Source: Candidatus Poriferisocius sp. (GTDB taxonomy: Bacteria > Actinomycetota > Acidimicrobiia > Acidimicrobiales > Bin134). From it: a stretch of 64,000 nt of DNA. The notes beneath the pieces are model-generated. The model made no database searches and was not told the DNA's origin. It was given only the letters and a program-made list of their open reading frames with translations. Where the stretch lies: assembly GCF_965214065.1 (NCBI RefSeq), contig NZ_CBDCAT010000026.1, positions 77,204 through 141,203 on the forward strand, in the 5' to 3' direction. The position numbers were made by a program, and so were the translations under genes. Positions 47,747-57,157 of the stretch are shown one piece after another (the stretch's first letter is position 1; every line of letters starts with the position of its first letter).

Positions 47747-48973
47747 GTGACCGATAGCTCACCCATGGCAATCGACGATGAGGTCCTCTCACCCGGGCGG
47801 ATCGCCGATCCCCACTCCTATTTCTCGGTTCTCCGAACCCATGACCCCGTCCACTGGAATGAGAAATACCGGGCGTGGTTCATCCATCGCTACGACGACG
47901 TGCTCGACGCCCTGCGGGACCCCCGGTTCTCCTCAGAGCGCATCGGCGCGGCTTATGACCGCCTGACCGACGATCAGAAGGCCCAGCGCCAGCCCACCTA
48001 TGACATCTTGATGGACTGGCTGGTTTTCCGGGATCCGCCCGACCACACGCGATTGCGCCGGCTGGTGAGCCGGGCGTTCACCCCCCGGGCGGTGGAGGCC
48101 TGGCGGGAACGAATCAATGGCGTGGTGGATGAGTTGATCGACGACTTGTCGGGTCGGGAGCAGTTCGACCTGATCGAGGACTTCGCCTATCCCATACCCG
48201 CGGTGGTCATCGCCGAGATGATGGGGGTGCCCGCTGAGGACCGCGACCGGTTCAAGGACTGGTCCGACGACGTGATGATCTTGGTGTTCGGCGCTCGGGG
48301 AGTGGGGGACCGCCGGGCAAGGGCACAGCAGGGGCTCGTCGAGCTGGCCTCCTATCTGGGCGAATTGGTTACCCATTACCGCCAGAATCCGGCCGACAAC
48401 ATCATCTCCAATCTGGTGGAGGCCTCAGAGGGCGACGACAGCCTGGAAGATCCCGAGATCGTGGCCAACTGCGTGCTTTTTCTGTTCGGGGGCCACGAGA
48501 CCACCACCAACCTCATCGGCAACGGCATGCGGGTGCTGCTCCAGCACCCCGAACAGCTTGAGCGGCTGAGAGACGATCCGTCTCTGATCAAACCGGGAGT
48601 CGAGGAGATCCTGAGATTCGACGGGCCGTCCAAAATGGAGGTCCGCACACTGGCTGATTCGGTGGAAATGCGGGGTAAGACCCTGCCGGCCGGCGACATG
48701 GTGTATTTGGTGCAGCACGCCGCGAACCGTGATCCCGAGGCGTTCGATGATCCCGACCGGTTCGATGTGGAGCGCGATCCCAACAACCACATCGGCTTCG
48801 GTTTCGGGCTGCACTTCTGCCTGGGGGCATCGGTGGCTCGCCTAGAGGGAACAATTGCCCTAGAAGCTCTGGTCCGACGCCTGCCCAACCTGGAGCTGGG
48901 CCCCGAGCCCGAGGTGTGGGTACCCACCATGTTGAGTCGGGGCCTGGAGCACCTGCCGGTGAGCTTGCCATGA
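47747..48973 (+). CDS. Cytochrome P450
   Basis: DPPDHTRLR, FGGHETTTN, EILR, FGFGLHFCLG. Confidence 0.95.
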   Translation: MTDSSPMAIDDEVLSPGRIADPHSYFSVLRTHDPVHWNEKYRAWFIHRYDDVLDALRDPRFSSERIGAAYDRLTDDQKAQRQPTYDILMDWLVFRDPPDHTRLRRLVSRAFTPRAVEAWRERINGVVDELIDDLSGREQFDLIEDFAYPIPAVVIAEMMGVPAEDRDRFKDWSDDVMILVFGARGVGDRRARAQQGLVELASYLGELVTHYRQNPADNIISNLVEASEGDDSLEDPEIVANCVLFLFGGHETTTNLIGNGMRVLLQHPEQLERLRDDPSLIKPGVEEILRFDGPSKMEVRTLADSVEMRGKTLPAGDMVYLVQHAANRDPEAFDDPDRFDVERDPNNHIGFGFGLHFCLGASVARLEGTIALEALVRRLPNLELGPEPEVWVPTMLSRGLEHLPVSLP

Positions 48974-49728
48974 CCGCCGGTCGACCGCTGGAGGGCGTGG
49001 GTGCGGCGGTAACCGGGGCCACCGGCGACATCGGCGGTGCCATCGCCCGGGTTCTGGCCGGCCAGGGAGCACGGGTCGCACTCATGGCCCGTCGAGTCGA
49101 GCGTCTAGAGGAGTTGGCCCAAGAACTCCGAGGCGGCGGTGCCGAGGTGTGCGTCGCTCCCTGCGACGTGACCGATGCCGACGCCATATCCGAGGCCGCC
49201 GCTCAGGTCGCAGCAGCCCTCGGCCCCATAGATGTCCTCGTCAACAACGCGGGTGGCGCCCGGTTCACCGCCCCGGTGCTCGACATTGCTGAGCCGGGTT
49301 GGTCCAAGACAGTGGCGCTCAACCTCACGGGGCCGTTTTTGGTGTCGCAGGCCTTCGGCCGCTCCATGATCGAGCGGGGCCAGGGCTGCATCGTCAACGT
49401 GGGCTCATTGTCGGGGTTGCGCCACCTGCCCGGCATGGCGGCCTACTCAGCGGCCAAGGGCGGCCTGTTCCAGCAGACCAAGGCGCTGGCCCGGGAGTGG
49501 GCTCCCCACGGCGTTCGGGTGAACGCGGTGGCCCCCGGTTTTGTGGACACCAGCGGCTGGGACAGCTACGACAAAGACGCTGTGGTAGCCGAGGCCGGCA
49601 TCGCCATCCCTCTGGGACGGTGGGCAACCGCTGAGGAAGTAGCCCTGCCCGTGGCGTTCTTGGCCTCCCCGGCGGCGTCCTATATCACCGGCGCCGTCCT
49701 GATCATCGACGGCGGCATGCTGGCGTAG
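48970..49728 (+). CDS. SDR family oxidoreductase
   Basis: TGATGDIG, NNAG, YSAAK, IDGG; ATGA overlap with the P450 stop. Confidence 0.92.
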   Translation: MTAGRPLEGVGAAVTGATGDIGGAIARVLAGQGARVALMARRVERLEELAQELRGGGAEVCVAPCDVTDADAISEAAAQVAAALGPIDVLVNNAGGARFTAPVLDIAEPGWSKTVALNLTGPFLVSQAFGRSMIERGQGCIVNVGSLSGLRHLPGMAAYSAAKGGLFQQTKALAREWAPHGVRVNAVAPGFVDTSGWDSYDKDAVVAEAGIAIPLGRWATAEEVALPVAFLASPAASYITGAVLIIDGGMLA

Positions 49729-49735
49729 TCGGCCG

Positions 49736-50596
49736 ATGAGCCGTCCTGGGCAACTGGTGGCCGTGGGCAGGACATCAGATGTATATGCGTTCGGGCCCGG
49801 CGCGGTAGTGAAGGTGCCCCGGCCTTCGGTTCCCGCCCATTGGGCCGCGGACGAAGCAGAGTTCACCGCGGCGGTGCGTGATCTGGGCGCTCCGGCTCCC
49901 GCGGTGCTGGATGTGGTGCAAGTCGAGGGGCGGGATGCCATCGTGTTCGAGAGAGTGTGGGGTCCGTCGATGTGGGAGTTGATCGTGGATGGCCCCCACA
50001 ACGCCGCGGCGTTCGGGCGAGAACTAGCCGACGTCCACCGGCAGATCCTTCGGGCTGGACTTCCAGTCGCAGTGTCTGGGTCGGTGGGGAGAATGCAGAG
50101 AAAGATCATCGAGATCAAACAGTTCTCCGAGGCAGAGCGAGATCGCGCCCTGCATATCTTGGAGGGACTGCCGAGTGGCGCCGCTCTCCTGCACGGCGAC
50201 CTCCATCCTGGAAACGTCCTCATGGGCCCTGCGGGCCCCGTGGTAATCGACTGGTTCGACGCCGCCATAGGCCACCCCGTTGCCGACGTCGTCCGATCCT
50301 CCCTGTTGATTCGGCCCTTCGACTCCTCGGTGCATAGGCCGCACATGCCGGATGGTGCCCAGCCCGTGCTGAGGGAACTGCACGATTCCTATGTTTCTTC
50401 GATGCACGATGTGCTGGCGCTTCCCCGCGATGAGCTCGGCCAGTGGGAGGCGGTGGTAGCGGCCAGTCGGCTGGCCGAGGAGGCTGAGACCGACGAATCA
50501 CCCTTGCTTGCCCTGTGGAAGGCTGACGGAGAAGACGGCCGGGATGCCTCTCCGCTGGAGGCTCTGCGGACGGGGGACGTCAGTCGTTGGGGCTGA
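49736..50596 (+). CDS. Aminoglycoside phosphotransferase (APH)-family kinase
   Basis: GRTSDVY, HGDLHPGNV, VIDW. Confidence 0.88.
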   Translation: MSRPGQLVAVGRTSDVYAFGPGAVVKVPRPSVPAHWAADEAEFTAAVRDLGAPAPAVLDVVQVEGRDAIVFERVWGPSMWELIVDGPHNAAAFGRELADVHRQILRAGLPVAVSGSVGRMQRKIIEIKQFSEAERDRALHILEGLPSGAALLHGDLHPGNVLMGPAGPVVIDWFDAAIGHPVADVVRSSLLIRPFDSSVHRPHMPDGAQPVLRELHDSYVSSMHDVLALPRDELGQWEAVVAASRLAEEAETDESPLLALWKADGEDGRDASPLEALRTGDVSRWG

Positions 50597-51374
50597 CCAG
50601 GATCGCTCGGAGCGACTCGAATACGCCGCCTGTGGCCGCGATGGCCAGGTTGCAGTTAGCCGTGGAGGGAAGCTCGATCCTGGCCCCGGCCTCGAGGGCG
50701 ACGAGGGCACCGGCGGCATAGTCGTAAACCTTCAGGTCGCGCTCGAAGTAGGCGTCGAGGCGACCGCATCCGACCCAGCAGAGGTTTAGCGCGGCGGAGC
50801 CCATGCACCGGATGTCGCGGCACGCGGGCAGCAATCGAGTCAGCATTTGGGCTTGGGTTGCTCGCAGTCCAGAGTCGTAGGCGAAGCCGGTGGCCACGAG
50901 GGCGCCATCGAGGGTGGCCAGCTTTGTGGGGGAGATGGGCTCTCCGGTGCGCCTGGCCCCCAAGTTTCGGGTGGCGGAGAACACCTCATCTCGGTGGATG
51001 TCGGCAACGGCTCCGGCTGCGACTTCGCCGTCAATGGTTGCGGCAATGCTGACCGAGACCACCGGCAAGTCGTAGAGAAAGTTGACTGTCCCGTCTATGG
51101 GGTCGACGATCCAGCCGACGTTGTTGCCGCCGGCGTCGTCGGCTAGTTCCTCGCCAACGATTGAGGAACCGGGACAGCGGGCAAGCAGTTCTGAGCGGAT
51201 GAGCTGCTCGCACTCCATGTCGGTGTGGGTGACCACGTCGGTGGGCGAGGTCTTGGTTCGCGCCGCGGTGGCTTTGCCGCTGCGGGCGCGCACATAGCCA
51301 GCGGCCGCTGAGGCGACTTCGATGGCTACATCTTCGAGATGGCGGGCACGGGCCGACTCATGGCCTTCGCTCAC
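50580..51374 (-). CDS. Inositol monophosphatase family protein
   Basis: D.VT..D, GEE, WIVDPIDGTVNF, R..GSAAL, YDYAAG. Confidence 0.93.
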   Translation of the reverse strand: MSEGHESARARHLEDVAIEVASAAAGYVRARSGKATAARTKTSPTDVVTHTDMECEQLIRSELLARCPGSSIVGEELADDAGGNNVGWIVDPIDGTVNFLYDLPVVSVSIAATIDGEVAAGAVADIHRDEVFSATRNLGARRTGEPISPTKLATLDGALVATGFAYDSGLRATQAQMLTRLLPACRDIRCMGSAALNLCWVGCGRLDAYFERDLKVYDYAAGALVALEAGARIELPSTANCNLAIAATGGVFESLRAILVSPND

Positions 51375-52168
51375 GCCAGCAACACGGTGGTGCCGAGGGA
51401 TTCGATTGTGGCCACGATGCCCGGGTCTACCTCGGAATTGGTGACGAGTACGTCCACTTCGGACCAGTCGGCGAATCGGACGAACTGGTCTTGGCCCACC
51501 TTGGAGTGGTCGACGAGGGCGACAACTCGGCGCGCCGAGCGAATCATGGCCTGCTTCAGCGCCGCTTCTTCCCGGTAGGGCGTGGTAAGGCCCTTGGTGG
51601 CCGACAAGCCGTCGCTGCTGATGAACAGGGTGTCGACTACCAGCGGATCGACGGCGGCAACGGTGTCGGCGTCCACCATGGCCAGGGTGTTCTTGCGGAG
51701 CTTTCCGCCGATCACGATCACGTCGACATCCTCGTATTCGGCCAGGATCTGGGCGGTGTGCAGAGAATTGGTCACCACCCGGAGGTTGCAGTGGCGGGGC
51801 AGCACTTCGGCGAACCGATTGAGCGTGCTGCCTGAGTCGATGATGATGGCCCCGGTGTCGGGCAGTTCTTGCACTGCCGCCTGGGCCAGGCGGCGCTTCT
51901 CAGGATCGTGTTGATCGGCGCGAACCGACAGAAGCGGTTCAAAACCGTCCGTTTCCCATGGAATCGCCCCGCCATGAACTCGGCGAACCACCTGCTGGCG
52001 CTGGAGATCTGACAGGTCTCGGCGGATGGTCTCGGTGGTCACTCTGAATCGGTCGGCCAATTCGGCCACTTCGACTCGACCGCTTTGCCGCGTAATTCCC
52101 ACAATCTCACGCTGGCGCTCGGTCTGAAACAGCGTTGTTGTGGTCGGTTCAGTCAGCTGGTCGGTCAC
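51371..52168 (-). CDS. DeoR/GlpR family transcriptional regulator
   Basis: ERQ..I, VTTETIRRDL, RVHGGA, IDSGST, DHSK. Confidence 0.95.
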   Translation of the reverse strand: MTDQLTEPTTTTLFQTERQREIVGITRQSGRVEVAELADRFRVTTETIRRDLSDLQRQQVVRRVHGGAIPWETDGFEPLLSVRADQHDPEKRRLAQAAVQELPDTGAIIIDSGSTLNRFAEVLPRHCNLRVVTNSLHTAQILAEYEDVDVIVIGGKLRKNTLAMVDADTVAAVDPLVVDTLFISSDGLSATKGLTTPYREEAALKQAMIRSARRVVALVDHSKVGQDQFVRFADWSEVDVLVTNSEVDPGIVATIESLGTTVLLA

Positions 52169-53663
52169 CGAGATCCCTATCCCCCGTCAGTGCTGCGTTG
52201 ATGGCCGATTCTACTCCCCGCTCCCGCAAGCAGCGGAGAGCCCGGTTGAAGGCATCGGAGAACCGCTGCGACCGCGGCAGATCGTCCCCGAACACTTCGG
52301 GGAAGTCGAGGAACGCCGCGGGGTCGTGCTGGGCTCGGCGGGCGTGGTCCGTTGCGAGGCCGAGTATGGGATCGGCGGCCAAGCGCTCCGGCGGCCCTGC
52401 GAGGTATTCGCACCAGCCGGCCAGGGCCAATGCGCTGAGACCGATTGGCCCGTCTGCTTCGAGCTGGGCTCTGACCGTCGGCAGCAGGAACTTGGGGAAC
52501 TTCGCCGACCCGTCTAGGCAAAGACGGCTGATCTGGTCTCCGATGCTGGTGTTGGAGAACCGGGCGATGATCGACGCCACATATTGGTTGAGATCGATCC
52601 CGGCAATGGGCGGCAAGACGGGGCGGGCCTCGTGGGCCAGGAAGCTCGCGGTGAAGTCGTGCAACTCGGGACAAGCCATGGCCGCGCCGATGGTCTCCAT
52701 CTCCTTGAGGGCGGCCAGATAGGCCAAACAGGAGTGACCTGCATTGAGCAGGCGGAGCTTCATGAGCTCGTAGGGCTTGGCATCGGTTGTGGTCAGCACG
52801 TCGAGCTGCTCGAAGGGGGGACGAGCGGCGGCGAAGTTGTCCTCGATCACCCACTGCCGAAACGACTCGGCGACTACAGGCCAGTTGTCGTTTACGCCTT
52901 TGTGAGCGGCCAGCCAGGCCCGGTCGGAGTCGGTAGTCGCCGGAGTGATGCGGTCGACCATGCTGTTGGGAAAGGCCACCGAGTCGGCGATCCAGTCGGC
53001 GAGCCCGTCGCCCAGTGCGCGGGCTTCGCCGAGAGTGGCGGTGCGGGCCACCGAGCCGTTGCTGAGGATGTTGTCGCAGCTGATCACGGTGAGACCGGAG
53101 TGGCCGTTCTGGTGTCGCCGCTGGAGACCGGCAGCGAGGATCCCGAAGGCCGATGCCGGCCCCGCGTTAGGCGAGGTGGGGAGATAGTCGCCGGTGATGT
53201 CGTCTACCGGGTAGCCGCCCTCTGTGATGGTGAGCGACACGATTTGGGTGGCCGGGTCGGCGATGGAAGCGAGTAGCCGATCGGGGCGGGGGGAGGCGTG
53301 AACGAAGTCGACGATGCTGCCTATGACCTCGGTCTCTGTGGACTGGGGACCCCGAATGATGAGGGTATAGAGATAGTCCTGCGGTTTGAGGGCATCGGCC
53401 ATCGCCTGATCGCTGGGAAGCACGCCAGCCCCGGTGATCGACCAGTCGCGGTGGCCAGACTGGCACAGCTCGTGGATATAGGTGGCCAGGTGCGACCGGT
53501 GAAAGCCGCCGACGCCGATGTGGACAATGCTGCGCTGGAGTTGGCTGCGGTCATAGGTGGGAACGGCGACAGATGCCCCCAAACGGTGCAGTGCCCGGCT
53601 TCGGAGCAGGGTGTCTGTCGGTTGGGCTGGCACGGCCAGACACCCTACTACCAACACAGACAC
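52149..53663 (-). CDS. Mannitol dehydrogenase family protein (mannitol 2-dehydrogenase-like)
   Basis: HIGVGGFHRSH, SLTITEGGY, SCDN, FPNSMVDRITP, KLRLLNAGH; true start may be GTG 53633. Confidence 0.92.
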   Translation of the reverse strand: MSVLVVGCLAVPAQPTDTLLRSRALHRLGASVAVPTYDRSQLQRSIVHIGVGGFHRSHLATYIHELCQSGHRDWSITGAGVLPSDQAMADALKPQDYLYTLIIRGPQSTETEVIGSIVDFVHASPRPDRLLASIADPATQIVSLTITEGGYPVDDITGDYLPTSPNAGPASAFGILAAGLQRRHQNGHSGLTVISCDNILSNGSVARTATLGEARALGDGLADWIADSVAFPNSMVDRITPATTDSDRAWLAAHKGVNDNWPVVAESFRQWVIEDNFAAARPPFEQLDVLTTTDAKPYELMKLRLLNAGHSCLAYLAALKEMETIGAAMACPELHDFTASFLAHEARPVLPPIAGIDLNQYVASIIARFSNTSIGDQISRLCLDGSAKFPKFLLPTVRAQLEADGPIGLSALALAGWCEYLAGPPERLAADPILGLATDHARRAQHDPAAFLDFPEVFGDDLPRSQRFSDAFNRALRCLRERGVESAINAALTGDRDLGDRPAD

Positions 53664-53808
53664 AGATAAAGTGGCAAGAAGTCAGCCCGATACACACATA
53701 AAGCCAACTCTATAGCTTGCAATCCCAAATAAACCCAATTAGGTTTTGGGCAAAATACCGTCAGGGAGGACGTCTCCCACCGGTTCCTACCCAAGGGGGA
53801 AAGTGCCA

Positions 53809-55251
53809 ATGACAAGTACCAGCCGACCGAGGTGGAGCATTCGGCTCCTGTTTTTCAGTCTGCTCGCGGTGTTCGCTCTCGTGGCCGCTTCATGCGGCAA
53901 CGATGACGACAGCGACACTTCGGGTGATGCGCCGGCCACTGCCGCGGCCACTGAAGCTCCCGCTGCGGCCACAGAAGAGCCCGCAGCCCCGGTTGAGAGC
54001 CGATCGATCAATGTGGCCATTGTGGGCAACCCCCAGATGGAGGACATCGCCAGCCTCACCCCGAGCTTGTTCACCGCCGAGACCGGTATTGAAGTCAACT
54101 ACACGTTCCTGGAAGAGCAGACTCTGCGCGAGATCGTCACCCGCGACGTGGGTGCGGGAGGCGAGCAGTTCGACGTGGTCATGATCGGCATGTTCGAGGC
54201 GCCGCAGTTCGGGGCCAACGGATGGCTCTACGATCTCAACGGCTTCGCGGTCGACGCGCCCGAGTGGAACGGCGACGACATCATCCACGCAGTGCGCGGC
54301 GGCCTCTCCTATGAAGGAGGCCTCTACGCTGCGCCCTTCTACGCGGAGTCCTCGTTCGTCATGTACCGCCAAGACGTCATCGATGCCGCAGGTCTGACGA
54401 TGCCAGCGGCCCCTACCTGGGATGAACTGGCCGACATCGCCCGCACCATCGACTCCGATGAGATGGCCGGCATCTGCTTGCGGGGCAAGCCCGGATGGGG
54501 CGACCTCGGCGCTGCCTTCACCACCGTTCTCAACACGTTCGGCGGCACCTGGTGGCTGGCCAACGCCGACGGCTCGATCGGAGAGGCCCAAGTTGACCAG
54601 CCTGAGTTCCGCGAGGCCCTCGAGTTCTATGTGGCGCTCATCAACGACGCCGGCCAGGACGACGCAGCCAACGCCAGCTTCAACGAGTGCTTGAGCCTCT
54701 ACCAGAACGGCCAGGTGGCCATGTGGTACGACGCCACGGTGGCAGCCGGCATCCTCGAAGCCGACAACAGCCCGGTCAAGGGCCTCAACGGCTTCGCCCT
54801 CGCGCCGACCAAGGTCACCGACGCCTCTGGCTGGCTGTGGGCCTGGGCATTGGCCATTCCGCAAAACGCCTCTGATCCCAGCACCGCGTGGGAGTACGTG
54901 AGCTGGGCCACCAGCGAGGAGTACATCAACGCTGCCGGCGAGTCGCTGGATGGAGGCTGGGCTGCGGTCCCGCCGGGAACCCGCGAGTCGACCTACGCCA
55001 ACCCGAACTACCAGGCTGCGGCGCAGGCCTTCGCCCAAAAGACGCTTGACGCCATGCTGGCCGCACCCATCGACAACCCGGGCACCACGCCCCGTCCGGG
55101 TCTGCCGGGCGTGCAGTACGTCGGTGTGCCCGAGTTCCAAGATGTCGGCACCCGCTGCACAGAGCAGTTCTCGGCTGCCATTGCCGGGTCGATCAGCGTT
55201 GACTCGGCCCTCAGCGCCTGTCAGGACATCGCTTCCGAAGTGAGCAATTAG
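53809..55251 (+). CDS. Polyol (sorbitol/mannitol) ABC transporter substrate-binding lipoprotein
   Basis: Lipobox AASC, GNPQM, PFYAESSF.MYR, CLRGKPGWG, MWYDAT, WLWAW, GVQYVGVPEFQ (SmoE/MtlE-like). Confidence 0.9.
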   Translation: MTSTSRPRWSIRLLFFSLLAVFALVAASCGNDDDSDTSGDAPATAAATEAPAAATEEPAAPVESRSINVAIVGNPQMEDIASLTPSLFTAETGIEVNYTFLEEQTLREIVTRDVGAGGEQFDVVMIGMFEAPQFGANGWLYDLNGFAVDAPEWNGDDIIHAVRGGLSYEGGLYAAPFYAESSFVMYRQDVIDAAGLTMPAAPTWDELADIARTIDSDEMAGICLRGKPGWGDLGAAFTTVLNTFGGTWWLANADGSIGEAQVDQPEFREALEFYVALINDAGQDDAANASFNECLSLYQNGQVAMWYDATVAAGILEADNSPVKGLNGFALAPTKVTDASGWLWAWALAIPQNASDPSTAWEYVSWATSEEYINAAGESLDGGWAAVPPGTRESTYANPNYQAAAQAFAQKTLDAMLAAPIDNPGTTPRPGLPGVQYVGVPEFQDVGTRCTEQFSAAIAGSISVDSALSACQDIASEVSN

Positions 55252-55358
55252 GAGCACTCCAAGCAAACCCGCTGGCCAAGAATGGGCAAGCTCTCCAAGT
55301 GAGATGCGCTGGCTTGGCCTAGGTTGAACACAATTTCAGGAACGGGCTAGGGGGAGCC

Positions 55359-56273
55359 GTGTCGCAGCAGACCGATCGAGCGGAGCAGGTAAAGAGACTG
55401 CAACGCCGAGAAGGTTGGCGACGCCGGCTCCCCCTTGTTCCTGCCCTGGTGTTCACCATCGTCGTCACCCAGGTTCCCTTCATCCTGAGCCTTTGGTACA
55501 GCCTGACCGAATGGAAGATCGTCCCGCCTGAGCCGCGGACCTTCATCGGCTTCGGCAACTACGTCGATCTCCTCGACAACCGGTTCTTTCGCGAGGCGGT
55601 GTGGACCAGCGTCTGGATGACGGTCTCCGCGGTGCTGCTCTCGTTGCTGCTGGGAACGCTTCTCGCCCTCCTGCTCGACCGGAAGTTCTTCGGACAGGGG
55701 TTTGTTCGGACGCTGTTGATAACCCCGTTTCTGATCATGCCCGTTGTAGCGGGGCTGGTGTGGAAGACACAGGTGTTCAACTCGTCGTTCGGGGTGCTGA
55801 ACTGGCTGCTCGATTCCCTGGGGTTCGAGAGGATCGAGTTCGTGACCCGTTGGCCGTTGTGGTCGATCGTGTCTGTGCTGGTGTGGCAGTGGACGCCGTT
55901 CATGATGTTGATCGTGCTGGCCGGATTGCAGGGCCAGGACCAGTCGGTGTTGGAGGCCGCCCGGGTGGACGGCGCGTCGAGCAGGGCGATGTTCTTCCAG
56001 ATCACATTGCCCCAGCTCCGTCCCTATCTGGAGTTGGGGATCCTGCTGGGTTCCATCTACCTCATCCAGGTCTTCGACTACGTGGATGTCATCACCGGCG
56101 GGGGGCCCGACTCCACCAACGTGCCCTACTTCGTCTTCCAGCGTTCCATCGGCGGCGGCTGGCAGTTCGGGCAGGCCTCGGCCTACAGCATCGTGGTGGT
56201 GATCGCCTCCATCGTTATCGCCACCTTTGGCCTGCGGGTGCTGTCCAATCTCCTGGAAGGCGAGAAGCCGTGA
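55359..56273 (+). CDS. Polyol ABC transporter permease (SmoF-like)
   Basis: WQWTPF, EAARVDGA loop. Confidence 0.93.
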   Translation: MSQQTDRAEQVKRLQRREGWRRRLPLVPALVFTIVVTQVPFILSLWYSLTEWKIVPPEPRTFIGFGNYVDLLDNRFFREAVWTSVWMTVSAVLLSLLLGTLLALLLDRKFFGQGFVRTLLITPFLIMPVVAGLVWKTQVFNSSFGVLNWLLDSLGFERIEFVTRWPLWSIVSVLVWQWTPFMMLIVLAGLQGQDQSVLEAARVDGASSRAMFFQITLPQLRPYLELGILLGSIYLIQVFDYVDVITGGGPDSTNVPYFVFQRSIGGGWQFGQASAYSIVVVIASIVIATFGLRVLSNLLEGEKP

Positions 56274-57127
56274 GGACCGGCGGTACTGGCATGCAAGTCG
56301 GCAACAAGCGGGCTGTCTCCTTCTTTTTGGGCCTCTTGAGCTGGGGGGTCGCCCTTGTTTTCTTCTTCCCCATCTTCTGGATGGTTCTGAACGGCTTCAA
56401 AGAGGAGATCGATGCCAACACCGACCCGAAGATCATTTTCGACCCCACGTTCGACCGGTTCGACGAGGTGACCTCTCAAACCCAGGGCTTGCTTGGCTTC
56501 AGAGAGGCGTTCATGAACTCGGTGTGGGCGGTTTCGATCTCGACGATCTTGGTTCTGGTGCTCGCCGTCCCGGCTGCCTATGCCCTGGCCATTCGGCCCG
56601 TGGCCAAGTGGCGGGACGTGTTGTTCTTCTTCATCTCCACCAAGTTCCTGCCGGTGGTGGCGGCGATCCTCCCGCTGTGGATCATCGCCCGGGAGCTGGA
56701 CCTTCTGAACACCCGGCTGGTGCTCATCATCCTCTACACCGCCATGAACCTTCCGCTGGCGGTGTGGATGCTCCGGTCGTTCTTCAGCGAAGTGCCCAAG
56801 GAGCTCATCGAAGCCGCCCAGATCGACGGGGCAAAGCTGCGAGGTCAGATCACCTCGGTGATCCTGCCCATCGTCGCCCCGGGCCTGGCCGCCACCGCTC
56901 TTTTGTGCGTGATCTTCGCCTGGAACGAGTTCTTCCTGGCCGTCCAGCTCAACCCGGTGGACGGGTCGACGATTCCCATATGGGTCACCTCCAACGTCAG
57001 CACTCGCGGCAACTTCTTGGCCAAGCTGTCGGCGGCGTCCACCCTCGCCACCCTCCCGGTGGTGCTGGCCGGGTGGTTGGCCCAGAAGCGGATGATACGG
57101 GGCCTGTCGATGGGAGCGATCAAGTGA
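56270..57127 (+). CDS. Polyol ABC transporter permease (SmoG-like)
   Basis: FFPIFWM, EAAQIDGA, WNEF, RGLSMGAIK; start GTG 56270 or ATG 56291. Confidence 0.92.
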   Translation: MRTGGTGMQVGNKRAVSFFLGLLSWGVALVFFFPIFWMVLNGFKEEIDANTDPKIIFDPTFDRFDEVTSQTQGLLGFREAFMNSVWAVSISTILVLVLAVPAAYALAIRPVAKWRDVLFFFISTKFLPVVAAILPLWIIARELDLLNTRLVLIILYTAMNLPLAVWMLRSFFSEVPKELIEAAQIDGAKLRGQITSVILPIVAPGLAATALLCVIFAWNEFFLAVQLNPVDGSTIPIWVTSNVSTRGNFLAKLSAASTLATLPVVLAGWLAQKRMIRGLSMGAIK

Positions 57128-57157
57128 TTCCGTTCAAGTGCCGAAGGGAGCTGGGAC

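Noticed and set aside
49736-50596. Aminoglycoside resistance gene
   Set aside because: The APH fold alone is not evidence of resistance, and there is no mobile-element context.
53890-55266. Long antisense ORFs (also 4438-5874, 23635-24717, 38808-39947, 60152-61690)
   Set aside because: Each lies opposite a clearly identified gene, typical of GC-rich shadow ORFs.
55274-55319. GGCCAAG...CTTGGCC inverted repeat as a novel RNA
   Set aside because: Short and imperfect; adequately explained as an ordinary post-SBP mRNA stability structure.
55601-56269. Apparent 508-aa ORF overlapping the first polyol permease
   Set aside because: Only the part from 56270/56291 is permease-like; the extension is an open frame within the upstream gene. 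The same applies to the long 5' extensions of ORFs at 3180, 16129 and 60491.
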